A stretch of DNA of 64,000 nucleotides, from contig JAFUSH010000034.1 in the NCBI GenBank assembly GCA_017471705.1, forward strand, positions 43,934 through 107,933, in the 5' to 3' direction. The notes beneath the pieces are model-generated. The model searched no databases. It worked only from the letters and a program-made list of their open reading frames with translations, and was not told the origin of the DNA. Shown here piece by piece: positions 41,328 to 49,210 of this stretch. This DNA comes from Alphaproteobacteria bacterium (GTDB lineage Bacteria > Pseudomonadota > Alphaproteobacteria > RF32 > CAG-239). The translations under genes and the position numbers were made by a program. Numbering within the stretch: the stretch's first letter is position 1; each line of letters starts with the position of its first letter.

Positions 41328-42555
41328 AGATTTCTCCTTTGTAAGTCCACATTCCGGAATTAATGTCGTATGTTATAGTATCAACCGTTAATCCTGAAAA
41401 TTTCATTAATAAATCACTCCAAATCAGCGGATCGTTGTTTGATGATATTGAATAAGCCATCAGTTTATATTTTGTACCGCGCGGTGACATCCAAGTTTTA
41501 GGACCGAATGATATACTTATTCCCAAAGATTGATTAATATCATTTAACACGTTTATCAAATCTTCTTCATCATATTCCGGAGGTGAATTCAATTTGGTGA
41601 TTTCACCTATCGGAACCGATACCATAACAGTACTGCCGTCTCGTCCCAAAACGCGCGATGAAAATTCAACGCCGGATACATTAAGCGCTTGTTCAATCCA
41701 AGTTAATCTTCCGAGGTCACGGCGCCAAGAAGTCACAACCCCCGCATTCGGTGTACAGGTAATACCTTCAATATGCCACCCCGGAGTGACCACCTGCACG
41801 ACCTTTTTGGTAGTCAAATAACACTGACGCATAACGTCTAAAGGATTATTTAGCTCTACCCAAGGCTTAGGTTCCGGCGGCAAAGGCGGTTCTTTTACTT
41901 CAACGGGTTCTATAACCGGTTCTTCCGGCGCGGTGAAAAATAAGTCTTTCAGGGTAGAATAACCGAACCATAAGATAACGGCAAAGCAAACAACTATAAC
42001 TCCCAGCATTAATGTATCATTGCTGGCGTTGATTTTTGCCAACCTTGTTTGGATACCTTTTTCCAACATAGGTCCCAAATGGTCAGCTTTGGTATCTTCT
42101 ATTCCCCAATCGGCCGGTGCGAATATAATGTCCCAATCCGGTACGGCTAACATTGCGATAAGCTGGTTTTTAGCATCTTTCTCGTTGATGAATAAAGTAT
42201 CACCGTCCGACAATATAACTTCGTTTCTGAAACATATATACCACCAACCGGTATCAACTTTGAATACGCCCAAGAAAGAAGTAACGGCTCCCAGACCGGT
42301 AATAAGAGATACCGCAGCAGAAGGCAATCCGGGGGTGAAACCTTGAGAGGAAGCGGCTAAACCGAACTGAGACGATTTACCTTTACGGGTAACGTACAAA
42401 TCTGCGCCTTCCAGAATATTTTCTGCGGCCTCCTTTACTTCCGGCAAAGGCTTTGCTTCGTTTAACAGCGGTTGCCAGAAAAGACTCGCGGCGTAAGTTA
42501 TCCCTCTTTCGGTGAAAGATGATCTCCAAGCCTTATCTTCAGTTTGATCTACCAC
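41308..42555 (-). CDS. bitopic pilus assembly protein (R64 PilO / GspL-like topology)
   Basis: A ~190-aa cytoplasmic domain, a single TM (LMLGVIVVCFAVILWFGY), a Pro-rich linker and a ~180-aa periplasmic domain. Located between the secretin and the PilP-like gene. Confidence 0.4.
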   Translation of the reverse strand: MVDQTEDKAWRSSFTERGITYAASLFWQPLLNEAKPLPEVKEAAENILEGADLYVTRKGKSSQFGLAASSQGFTPGLPSAAVSLITGLGAVTSFLGVFKVDTGWWYICFRNEVILSDGDTLFINEKDAKNQLIAMLAVPDWDIIFAPADWGIEDTKADHLGPMLEKGIQTRLAKINASNDTLMLGVIVVCFAVILWFGYSTLKDLFFTAPEEPVIEPVEVKEPPLPPEPKPWVELNNPLDVMRQCYLTTKKVVQVVTPGWHIEGITCTPNAGVVTSWRRDLGRLTWIEQALNVSGVEFSSRVLGRDGSTVMVSVPIGEITKLNSPPEYDEEDLINVLNDINQSLGISISFGPKTWMSPRGTKYKLMAYSISSNNDPLIWSDLLMKFSGLTVDTITYDINSGMWTYKGEIYEKQPE

Positions 42556-42571
42556 TTGCTCTCTCCTTAAA

Positions 42572-44194
42572 CTAATCGTTCATTCTGGATTCAGGTGATA
42601 ACGGCGATTCCAAAACAACCGGTGTTAACATAATAACAAGAATGGTTCTGGCTTTTTCAGCTGATTGCGAACCGCCTAACAGCATATTTTCAGGAGTTCC
42701 CACACCTTTTTTATCAACAGAATCTTCAACGCGTTCATAACCTGCCAAAATCAGCGTTTCACCCGATTTCATCGCAACTTCCTGTGTAAATCCGCGGGTT
42801 TCGATTACAGGGTTCTGAATGGATTCGGAATCACCGCCGCCTTCTTCACCGCCTCCGCTGACCGTAATGGTATCAAGCGACAGCAAGTCAGACAGTGTCA
42901 GGTTGAAAAACATTAAGATACGACCGTGATCCAAAATTCTCGGCAATACACTCATAGTGAAACCGGTTTCAATTTCCTCGGTATCGACGGAAACATCATA
43001 AGTATCACTGTCACCGCTGTTGGTCTTGGTAATTTGTGAAATGTAGTTTTGCGTTTTAACAACTTGAATCGGAGCCGGTTTATTGTTCATAGTCGTAACC
43101 GTACCGCTGGTAACCAAATTGGTTTGACCTTCTTGAGATAATGCCTGCATTGCGGCATCAACGCTCCAACTCTTGCTGCTGACAGCCATTGTCAAGTCAC
43201 TTAAAGCATTACCCAAATCACCCGGATGGGTTCCGGCAGTTACGCCTTTAATGCTACCGCGTTTATCAAAAGTTGCCGTTAAATCCAAATTATATTTATC
43301 GGCATTTGATATACTGAGCTGAATAACTTTTACGCTGATGGCGACTTGTTTGGATACACGATTATTTTGCTCATTGATATATTTTGCCACACGACGGATA
43401 TCTGTCGGTGTTGATGTAAGGTTAATAGTACCGCTTGCCTTATCAATATTAAGATTTGCATCTTGTGAAATCATAGATTGAATGGTGCTTTCCAAATTGC
43501 TCCACAAATCGAGTCCGTCAATAGAGCTGCTTTGCGAAATGCTGGAAGCACCTGCATCGGCACCGCCCACACTGACGCTCAAAGAAGGGCTTGTCGGTAA
43601 CGAATAAATTACAAAAGTTTTGGTAATAAACTTATAAAAATAAATTTCACCTTTTTCATATTTCCACCAAATACCGAAGCGGTTGGCAACTTCATCCAAT
43701 AAACCGCTCATCGGACCTTTGTAGTTGACAATCATTTTGGTCGAATCGGTCCATTGAGTGCCGATTTCATCCATAGAAGGTTTATTGCTGTCGGCCTGAG
43801 AAATAGCTGTTTCTTCAAGTTCAGGAGCATAACGAACCGAAAGAGAAGTGATTTTACTTATCATTGAACCGATTTCATACAAAGTAATAGGACGGTTGCT
43901 GATTAAAGTAATACCATCTTTCTTTTCCAAATAGGTCGGGATAGGTTCGCCTTCAAATTCAATTTTGGATGTGTCGCCGAGCCAAATATCGTTCTTAACT
44001 CTTACCACATCGTCAGGAATAGGCTCGGTAGGCATTGCTGCTTTCTGTTTTAAGTCCAAGGTATCCTTGGCACGCTGCGCCATTTCCCTGTCCATTTCCG
44101 GAGAGATGGAACAAGCTACCGTAATTCCTAAGATGCACAGTGTTAATAGTTTAAATATATTAGTCGTACGCATTTTCGTCCTCCATTGTTTCAA
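42572..44194 (-). CDS. secretin lipoprotein (type IVB pilus PilN/BfpB/TcpC family)
   Basis: Lipobox LGITVAC. The C-terminal secretin domain reads ETLILAGYERVEDSVDKKGVGTPENMLLGGSQSAEKARTILVIMLTPVVL. It lacks the N0-N1 GspD-type N-domain arrangement, consistent with T4bP lipo-secretins. Confidence 0.75.
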   Translation of the reverse strand: MKQWRTKMRTTNIFKLLTLCILGITVACSISPEMDREMAQRAKDTLDLKQKAAMPTEPIPDDVVRVKNDIWLGDTSKIEFEGEPIPTYLEKKDGITLISNRPITLYEIGSMISKITSLSVRYAPELEETAISQADSNKPSMDEIGTQWTDSTKMIVNYKGPMSGLLDEVANRFGIWWKYEKGEIYFYKFITKTFVIYSLPTSPSLSVSVGGADAGASSISQSSSIDGLDLWSNLESTIQSMISQDANLNIDKASGTINLTSTPTDIRRVAKYINEQNNRVSKQVAISVKVIQLSISNADKYNLDLTATFDKRGSIKGVTAGTHPGDLGNALSDLTMAVSSKSWSVDAAMQALSQEGQTNLVTSGTVTTMNNKPAPIQVVKTQNYISQITKTNSGDSDTYDVSVDTEEIETGFTMSVLPRILDHGRILMFFNLTLSDLLSLDTITVSGGGEEGGGDSESIQNPVIETRGFTQEVAMKSGETLILAGYERVEDSVDKKGVGTPENMLLGGSQSAEKARTILVIMLTPVVLESPLSPESRMND

Positions 44195-45143
44195 CTACCA
44201 GAACTCGGTTGCCTTTATAGAAGGTTGCAACCGGAGCCGGTCTGGCGCGTGCAAATGCTCTTATCAGTGCGGAAGCCACATCGGCAAAATTTCCTCTGAA
44301 CATAGCGCCGGCATTTAAAGTGTAGTTACGATTCGTTTTCCAAATCAATCTCCATCCGGCTTCATCGCTCCACATAGTCAGAAGTTCTTTAAGGCTCTGT
44401 CCTTCTTCTGCTAACCAATCCTTATTGGCTGAACTTTCCTCAGATGCTTCGTCATCACCGTCTTGAATATTTCCCCCTTGAGCAATATTTCCTTGTGTGC
44501 CGCCGGTAGTATTAGAAACGGTATATCCGTTTTGTACATATTGAGGTTGTCCTGCAACTGCCGGAGTGTTCGCATAAGCTGCTTGCCCCTGTCTGCCGTT
44601 TACCGGAACCTGTCTGCCGGCTGTCGGAACTTGTCCTCCTCCGACTGTAGGAGCCGTTCCGCCGTTTGCAGTTACCATCGGAGCATTGCCGTTTGCCGCG
44701 GGAGCAGCTCTTCCGTTATGCGGAATCGGAGCCGCCGGATTCCACGATTGATCATATCCGTTGTCAGCGATAACGCTGTTTTCGTATTCCACCACTTCAT
44801 TATCTATGCTCGGCGGAATAGCCGCAGATATATTATTTCCGGCGCCCGCTTGTGTAATACGATGATCTCGAGGCGAACGTTCGCCGTATCCACGAAAATC
44901 TGCAGCACCGCGAGTATAATTTATGTTGCCGGCATCACTGCATTCGCTGTAACCGTCGGCATTTTCAACGCAAACCGCCGTATATTCTCGATTACTGGTG
45001 CAGATGCCGTTTTCGCATTCTTCTTCCAGATAGCTTCTGTTGCTGAGGGCGCCGATACAGCCCGACGTGCTTAAAATGCAACAAATTAAGCCGGTAACAG
45101 CCAGTTTGTTTGTTATTATTTTTCCTTCAAATTTATTTCTCAT
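44160..45143 (-). CDS. PilL-like lipoprotein with C-terminal TcpQ-type domain
   Basis: Lipobox LSTSGC. A Gly/Asn/Ala/Pro-rich linker. The C-terminal ~90 aa reads DWLAEEGQSLKELLTMWSDEAGWRLIWKTNRNYTL...FRGNF, resembling the TcpQ/PilL domain. It is immediately upstream of, and overlapping, the secretin. Confidence 0.55.
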   Translation of the reverse strand: MRNKFEGKIITNKLAVTGLICCILSTSGCIGALSNRSYLEEECENGICTSNREYTAVCVENADGYSECSDAGNINYTRGAADFRGYGERSPRDHRITQAGAGNNISAAIPPSIDNEVVEYENSVIADNGYDQSWNPAAPIPHNGRAAPAANGNAPMVTANGGTAPTVGGGQVPTAGRQVPVNGRQGQAAYANTPAVAGQPQYVQNGYTVSNTTGGTQGNIAQGGNIQDGDDEASEESSANKDWLAEEGQSLKELLTMWSDEAGWRLIWKTNRNYTLNAGAMFRGNFADVASALIRAFARARPAPVATFYKGNRVLVVETMEDENAYD

Positions 45144-45191
45144 CGTATTTTCCTATAATACACGTTAAAATTGAAATATCAACATCGGATT

Positions 45192-46841
45192 CTAATACCA
45201 AGGATTATCGGCTCGTTTCATTGCCTTTATCTTGTCATCTTCCGATGCGTATCGTACATTCCTAATAATAAATGAGTTTGGCTCCCTATCGGTAAAAATT
45301 ATGTTAATTTTATGATAATCAACACCATTATTGGCCAAAATCTTGTACAACAGCTTTAAACGCTTTTCCTGCAAAGCGTACGGAGCTGTCTTGTCTATCC
45401 TTATTTCGATAAACACATCTTCGTTTTTCACCGAATTATCTGCGAAAGCGTGTAGCCATTCAAGAGTTTGACCGGAAATTTCCGCCCGATTCGGCTGAAA
45501 AGATAATTTTAATTCGGAAGGAGTAATGTTATCATCATTGCTACCCCCGATGCCTAAAAGCTTATTAAATATTGAACCTTCGCTTTTTTGAGATTTTTTA
45601 TTGTTATTTTTACTTTGAGTTTTCGGAGCAGTGATATTATCGTTACCGGTCTTCTTTTTAGAACCTGAAAACCACTCGGCGATACTGTCCGATAAACTTT
45701 TAGAAGTTTCTTCGTCTGCATCGACATCATCGTCTTCTTCAAAATCTTGAAAATCATCGTCGTTATCATTGTTTGATTTGGTACTTGATGAATTATCAAA
45801 ATATTTATCATCATCTAAGGCCGGAAGTGTGTGTTTGGCACGCAGTTCGCGCTCTAACTTCAAATTTTCTTCCGAAGATGAAAATTGCGGTGTCAGATTA
45901 CGCTCATTCGCAATGTTTTCCGGTATGGGAATGACTAAATTTTTTTGCATTCTGTATTCTTCGGTCGGTTGCTCAATAACTTCCTGATCCGGAGAAATAA
46001 TGTTATCTTGATGCTTTGCCGCGTAAACATTAGCGGAATTTTCCTCAGATTTTTTATTCGAAGTCTCTGCAACTTCCCACGGATTTGTATATCCTTCGTC
46101 GGAAGAAGATAGGCCGGCCGAAAATTCGGATTTCCCAATATATCCGTCGTTATTTACCAACGGTTCGGTCACAGCCGCATAGGTATCGGCTCCCAAATTA
46201 TCGGTACTTACGCCGCTTGAAGCCATAGCAATTTGGTTTTCATCGGCACTGTCCGAAAATACTACAGTTCCGTTTTCCGTTTTATAGTGGTGTACCAAAG
46301 GAATTCTGAAAACCGGAGCTTCAGAGGCATCGGCTATTTGCAATTCTTCGGATTCTTCTTTCGTTTCAGCCACCTCTAAAACAGAAGAATTTTCAGCATC
46401 AGCTATGTCTAAGATAGAGGCATCTTCAATACGCAAATCATCGTTGTCCGAAACCTTAACTTCGGCGGACTTTTCATCTAATTCGGTATAATCGGTAGTT
46501 TCTGGTCGGTATAGCACTGTATCGGAAGAACCTGATTTGACGCTTTGATTTGAAATCAATTTATCTTCATCGTTATACGGCAATTCATTATGTTGTTCCA
46601 AACTTTTGAATTTGTCATATAACGGATCATTTTCTTCATTGGCGGCAAAAAGCTCAATATTTTGAGCCGGCAAATTTTCAATATATTCTTCCGTCGGTCC
46701 GTTTTCATTCAAAGACAAAACAAAATAAGCCTTGGTAACCGAAAATACGGCAACCAGTGAGAGAATAAAGCTTCCTAAAAAGCATTTTAAACCAAGTTTA
46801 GGCATTCCAAAATCCCATACATTCATTAAAGGTATCGGCAC
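45192..46841 (-). CDS. membrane-anchored highly acidic low-complexity protein (549 aa), first gene of the pil-like operon
   Basis: N-terminal TM/signal anchor LGSFILSLVAVFSV, long D/E/S/N-rich stretches (DNDDDFQDFEEDDDVDADEE), and a conserved-looking ~100-aa C-terminal domain. Confidence 0.45.
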   Translation of the reverse strand: MPIPLMNVWDFGMPKLGLKCFLGSFILSLVAVFSVTKAYFVLSLNENGPTEEYIENLPAQNIELFAANEENDPLYDKFKSLEQHNELPYNDEDKLISNQSVKSGSSDTVLYRPETTDYTELDEKSAEVKVSDNDDLRIEDASILDIADAENSSVLEVAETKEESEELQIADASEAPVFRIPLVHHYKTENGTVVFSDSADENQIAMASSGVSTDNLGADTYAAVTEPLVNNDGYIGKSEFSAGLSSSDEGYTNPWEVAETSNKKSEENSANVYAAKHQDNIISPDQEVIEQPTEEYRMQKNLVIPIPENIANERNLTPQFSSSEENLKLERELRAKHTLPALDDDKYFDNSSSTKSNNDNDDDFQDFEEDDDVDADEETSKSLSDSIAEWFSGSKKKTGNDNITAPKTQSKNNNKKSQKSEGSIFNKLLGIGGSNDDNITPSELKLSFQPNRAEISGQTLEWLHAFADNSVKNEDVFIEIRIDKTAPYALQEKRLKLLYKILANNGVDYHKINIIFTDREPNSFIIRNVRYASEDDKIKAMKRADNPWY

Positions 46842-47030
46842 CGATAAGGCGCAAATATCCCACTATTTTGTTTGAAGATACAACTGATTGTGTTAAAATA
46901 GAGTTAATGATATAAATGAAAGTTGATAAGCCGGAAAAATGTTCAAAATACAGCGGCTGTTGCCATCTGTTTCTCGCGCACGCGCGCAATCTAATACCCT
47001 TGTAATCTGCGGAAAAATTTTGCTTTATAA

Positions 47031-47077
47031 AAAGTTCACAAAAAGTTCACAATTATTTTGCCGAGAATATGTTACAA
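47031..47077 (+). promoter_or_regulatory. tandem 10-bp direct repeat AAAGTTCACA x2 followed by an extended -10 (TGTTACAAT) in the pil/virB2 divergent region
   Basis: Exact tandem repeat at 47031-47040 and 47041-47050. TGnTACAAT lies at 47069-47077, upstream of virB2 paralog 1. Confidence 0.3.
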
Positions 47078-47309
47078 TCAATTTAACACTCAAAGAGTAT
47101 ACCGAAGTTAAACAGAGATATATTTCTTATCAGTTTATTAACCTTTTGGTGTTATTCGTGGTGTGTATAACTGGTGTATTGTAGAAATTTTTGTGAAAAT
47201 TCAGATTGATATAGACAAATGGGATATATTTTAACAAAAGTCTGGAAATTTTTTGTAAAATGATTTACAATAACAGTGTGATTAAGAATATATGTTAAGG
47301 AGAACTGAA

Positions 47310-47672
47310 ATGAAATTCTTAAAAAACAACATTATGAGCATTTTGGGTATGACCTTCTTATTTACGATGGTTATGCTGGGCGATGCAAACGCTACGGTGT
47401 TTGAAGATGTAAAAACAAAACTCGTAGATTTGTTCAAAAATGCTAAAATGGTAGTATTTATTATCGGTGGTTTCGGTTTGATTTGTTTGGCTTTCCAAGC
47501 AATCTTCGGAAAAGTTAAATGGGCTTGGTTTGCTGCTCTGGCTTTCGGTTTGGCCGTTGTGGCTGCTGCCGGTGCTATTATTAACTACGCTGCTAATAAC
47601 GATGTTGCTACCGGTAAGAACTTCTCAGATACATTGGGTGACGGTTCCGGTGCATCTAGTATGGGTCATTAA
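47310..47672 (+). CDS. virB2: VirB2/TrbC-family T4SS pilin, paralog 1
   Basis: Signal peptide followed by two hydrophobic helices separated by a short loop (VVFIIGGFGLICLAFQAIFG...WAWFAALAFGLAVVAAAGAI). AAGGAG RBS before the ATG at 47310. Confidence 0.7.
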   Translation: MKFLKNNIMSILGMTFLFTMVMLGDANATVFEDVKTKLVDLFKNAKMVVFIIGGFGLICLAFQAIFGKVKWAWFAALAFGLAVVAAAGAIINYAANNDVATGKNFSDTLGDGSGASSMGH

Positions 47673-47743
47673 TGCCAAGAATGATATTCGGGGGGAGCCC
47701 AGTCTCTCCCCGAATGTGGTAAAATTTTAAGGCGGAGGTAGAT

Positions 47744-48064
47744 ATGTTGTGCAATAGTATAAAGAGATTTTTGTACGAGAACAGATATGCAATTATCTTA
47801 TTTGTTTCTTTATTCTTTTTCATAACCGATGCCTCTGCTGAGACATTCGGTGCATTATCGACTGCCGGCACGGCAATTTTTCAGGGCTTGCGCAAAATTA
47901 TATATCCGGCGGCTACCATAGGTATAGCCTGTGTTTGTATCGGAGGTATGTTCGGCAGTTTTAACTGGAAGTGGTTAGTGGCAATTCTGTTGGGTGTGTT
48001 TATTATAGCCACGGCTAATTCCGGAAACGGTGTGGATGCTATTGCTATGGACGGCAGTAATTAG
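47744..48064 (+). CDS. virB2: VirB2-family pilin, paralog 2
   Basis: The same architecture (signal; ATIGIACVCIGGMFG...WKWLVAILLGVFIIA). GGAGG RBS. Confidence 0.65.
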   Translation: MLCNSIKRFLYENRYAIILFVSLFFFITDASAETFGALSTAGTAIFQGLRKIIYPAATIGIACVCIGGMFGSFNWKWLVAILLGVFIIATANSGNGVDAIAMDGSN

Positions 48065-48074
48065 GAGAATGCAG

Positions 48075-48473
48075 ATGAAAAGAATCGGCGTATTATGTTT
48101 TTTTATTTTAATTTGTTGTGTTGCTTTTGTTTCTCCGGCATTTGCCGAGCCTTCATCCGGTGATGCTATTTGGACTAAATTAGCTGGCAAGGCCAGTACT
48201 ATAGGGGTAGGTTTGCAGAAAAGCGGCTTTATTATAGGCGGTATCGGGTTAATCTTTTTTTCATTTATGGCAATTTTTAACAAGATATCGTGGAAGAATC
48301 TTGCCTATATTATGCTGAGCTGTTTTGTGCTTTCGGCAATGGTTGCATTGGTTAATTATTTTTCGGCAAAAGATGCAACCAGTACGGCTTCGTACTCAGA
48401 ATTTAACGGTCCTGACGGCGAGGTTTCTTTTGAAGGAGGCGTAGCTCCTGCCGGAGGGACGGCGCATAAATAG
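48075..48473 (+). CDS. virB2: VirB2-family pilin, paralog 3
   Basis: Signal MKRIGVLCFFILICCVAFVSPAFA and two hydrophobic helices. RBS AGGAGAATGCAGATG. Confidence 0.65.
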   Translation: MKRIGVLCFFILICCVAFVSPAFAEPSSGDAIWTKLAGKASTIGVGLQKSGFIIGGIGLIFFSFMAIFNKISWKNLAYIMLSCFVLSAMVALVNYFSAKDATSTASYSEFNGPDGEVSFEGGVAPAGGTAHK

Positions 48474-48482
48474 GGGAATATA

Positions 48483-48923
48483 ATGAGGTTGTTTGCTTGG
48501 CTGAGTGCTTTTTGTTTTTTTATATCGGTATCCCCTGCTATGGCATACATAGAAGAAGATACTGCCGGAATGACGGAAGCAGATGCCGGTGAGCAGAATA
48601 CCAATATGTATAAACTGAATGCACGCGGTGATTATTTTATCAAGAAACTGAAAAAAATAGATGAATATGCCAGTAAAAATAGTCGGTATGAAGTGCCTAA
48701 TCTGTCCGATATAAATGACATAAACAGTTTTGAACAAAAGAATAAGGAAGAAGAGCAAAATAAATTGATTTTAGCCGACGTGGTTAAAATGACGTCTAAT
48801 CCGCAACAACTGAAAGTTATTCTTAAATCCGATGTTTATACGTCATTGACGGCTATTAACGAAGTGCGCGATGCACAAGTTGCATCGGTATTGCAAAGAC
48901 AAATTGCCGGAGGACGCCGATGA
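48483..48923 (+). CDS. small secreted protein (146 aa) between the virB2 paralogs and virB3
   Basis: Signal peptide MRLFAWLSAFCFFISVSPAMA, then a hydrophilic Lys/Glu-rich body. It overlaps the virB3 start by 4 bp. Confidence 0.45.
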   Translation: MRLFAWLSAFCFFISVSPAMAYIEEDTAGMTEADAGEQNTNMYKLNARGDYFIKKLKKIDEYASKNSRYEVPNLSDINDINSFEQKNKEEEQNKLILADVVKMTSNPQQLKVILKSDVYTSLTAINEVRDAQVASVLQRQIAGGRR

Positions 48924-49210
48924 GAGAAGAGATTCTGAAAGCGGTTGCGCAACCTCCGAAAGTACTGTGGGCTCCGATGGTACCTGCTCTCATAAATTTA
49001 GGCGTTCAGTTTCCGATGATGTTTATCGGTATGGGTATCGGCGGAGCTAACCCGCTGTATTTTGTTGCTTGTATTATAATTGCGCACGCCGTGTTGGTGG
49101 GGTTGGGAATAAAAGAGCCGCATTTGTCCACAATGCTGCAGGCTTACGGTCAGACATACAGAAAAACAATAAATCTTTATGTGGTAAAGGGTAATAAGTT
49201 TGAGCCATGA
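48920..49210 (+). CDS. virB3: type IV secretion system protein VirB3
   Basis: 96 aa, two TM. LWAPMVPALINLGVQFPMMFIGMGIG is VirB3-like. Translationally coupled to virB4. Confidence 0.75.
   Translation: MREEILKAVAQPPKVLWAPMVPALINLGVQFPMMFIGMGIGGANPLYFVACIIIAHAVLVGLGIKEPHLSTMLQAYGQTYRKTINLYVVKGNKFEP

Noticed and set aside
44463-45074. Plus-strand 203-aa ORF, Ser/Arg/Cys-rich, antisense to the PilL-like gene.
   Set aside because: It is a low-complexity antisense translation of the Gly/Asn/Ala/Pro-rich linker. The sense ORF has a lipobox and a conserved C-terminal domain.
35220-46841. Alternative reading of the cluster as a type II secretion system.
   Set aside because: There is no pseudopilin (GspG-K) gene set and no GspC/GspM. 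The secretin is a lipoprotein without the long GspD N-domain. A TcpQ-domain lipoprotein precedes the secretin, and the gene order matches R64 pilL-N-O-P-Q-R-S.
47031-47050. Tandem 10-bp repeat considered as a minimal CRISPR or iteron.
   Set aside because: Only two copies, no spacers and no cas genes. It is kept only as a possible regulator-binding site.
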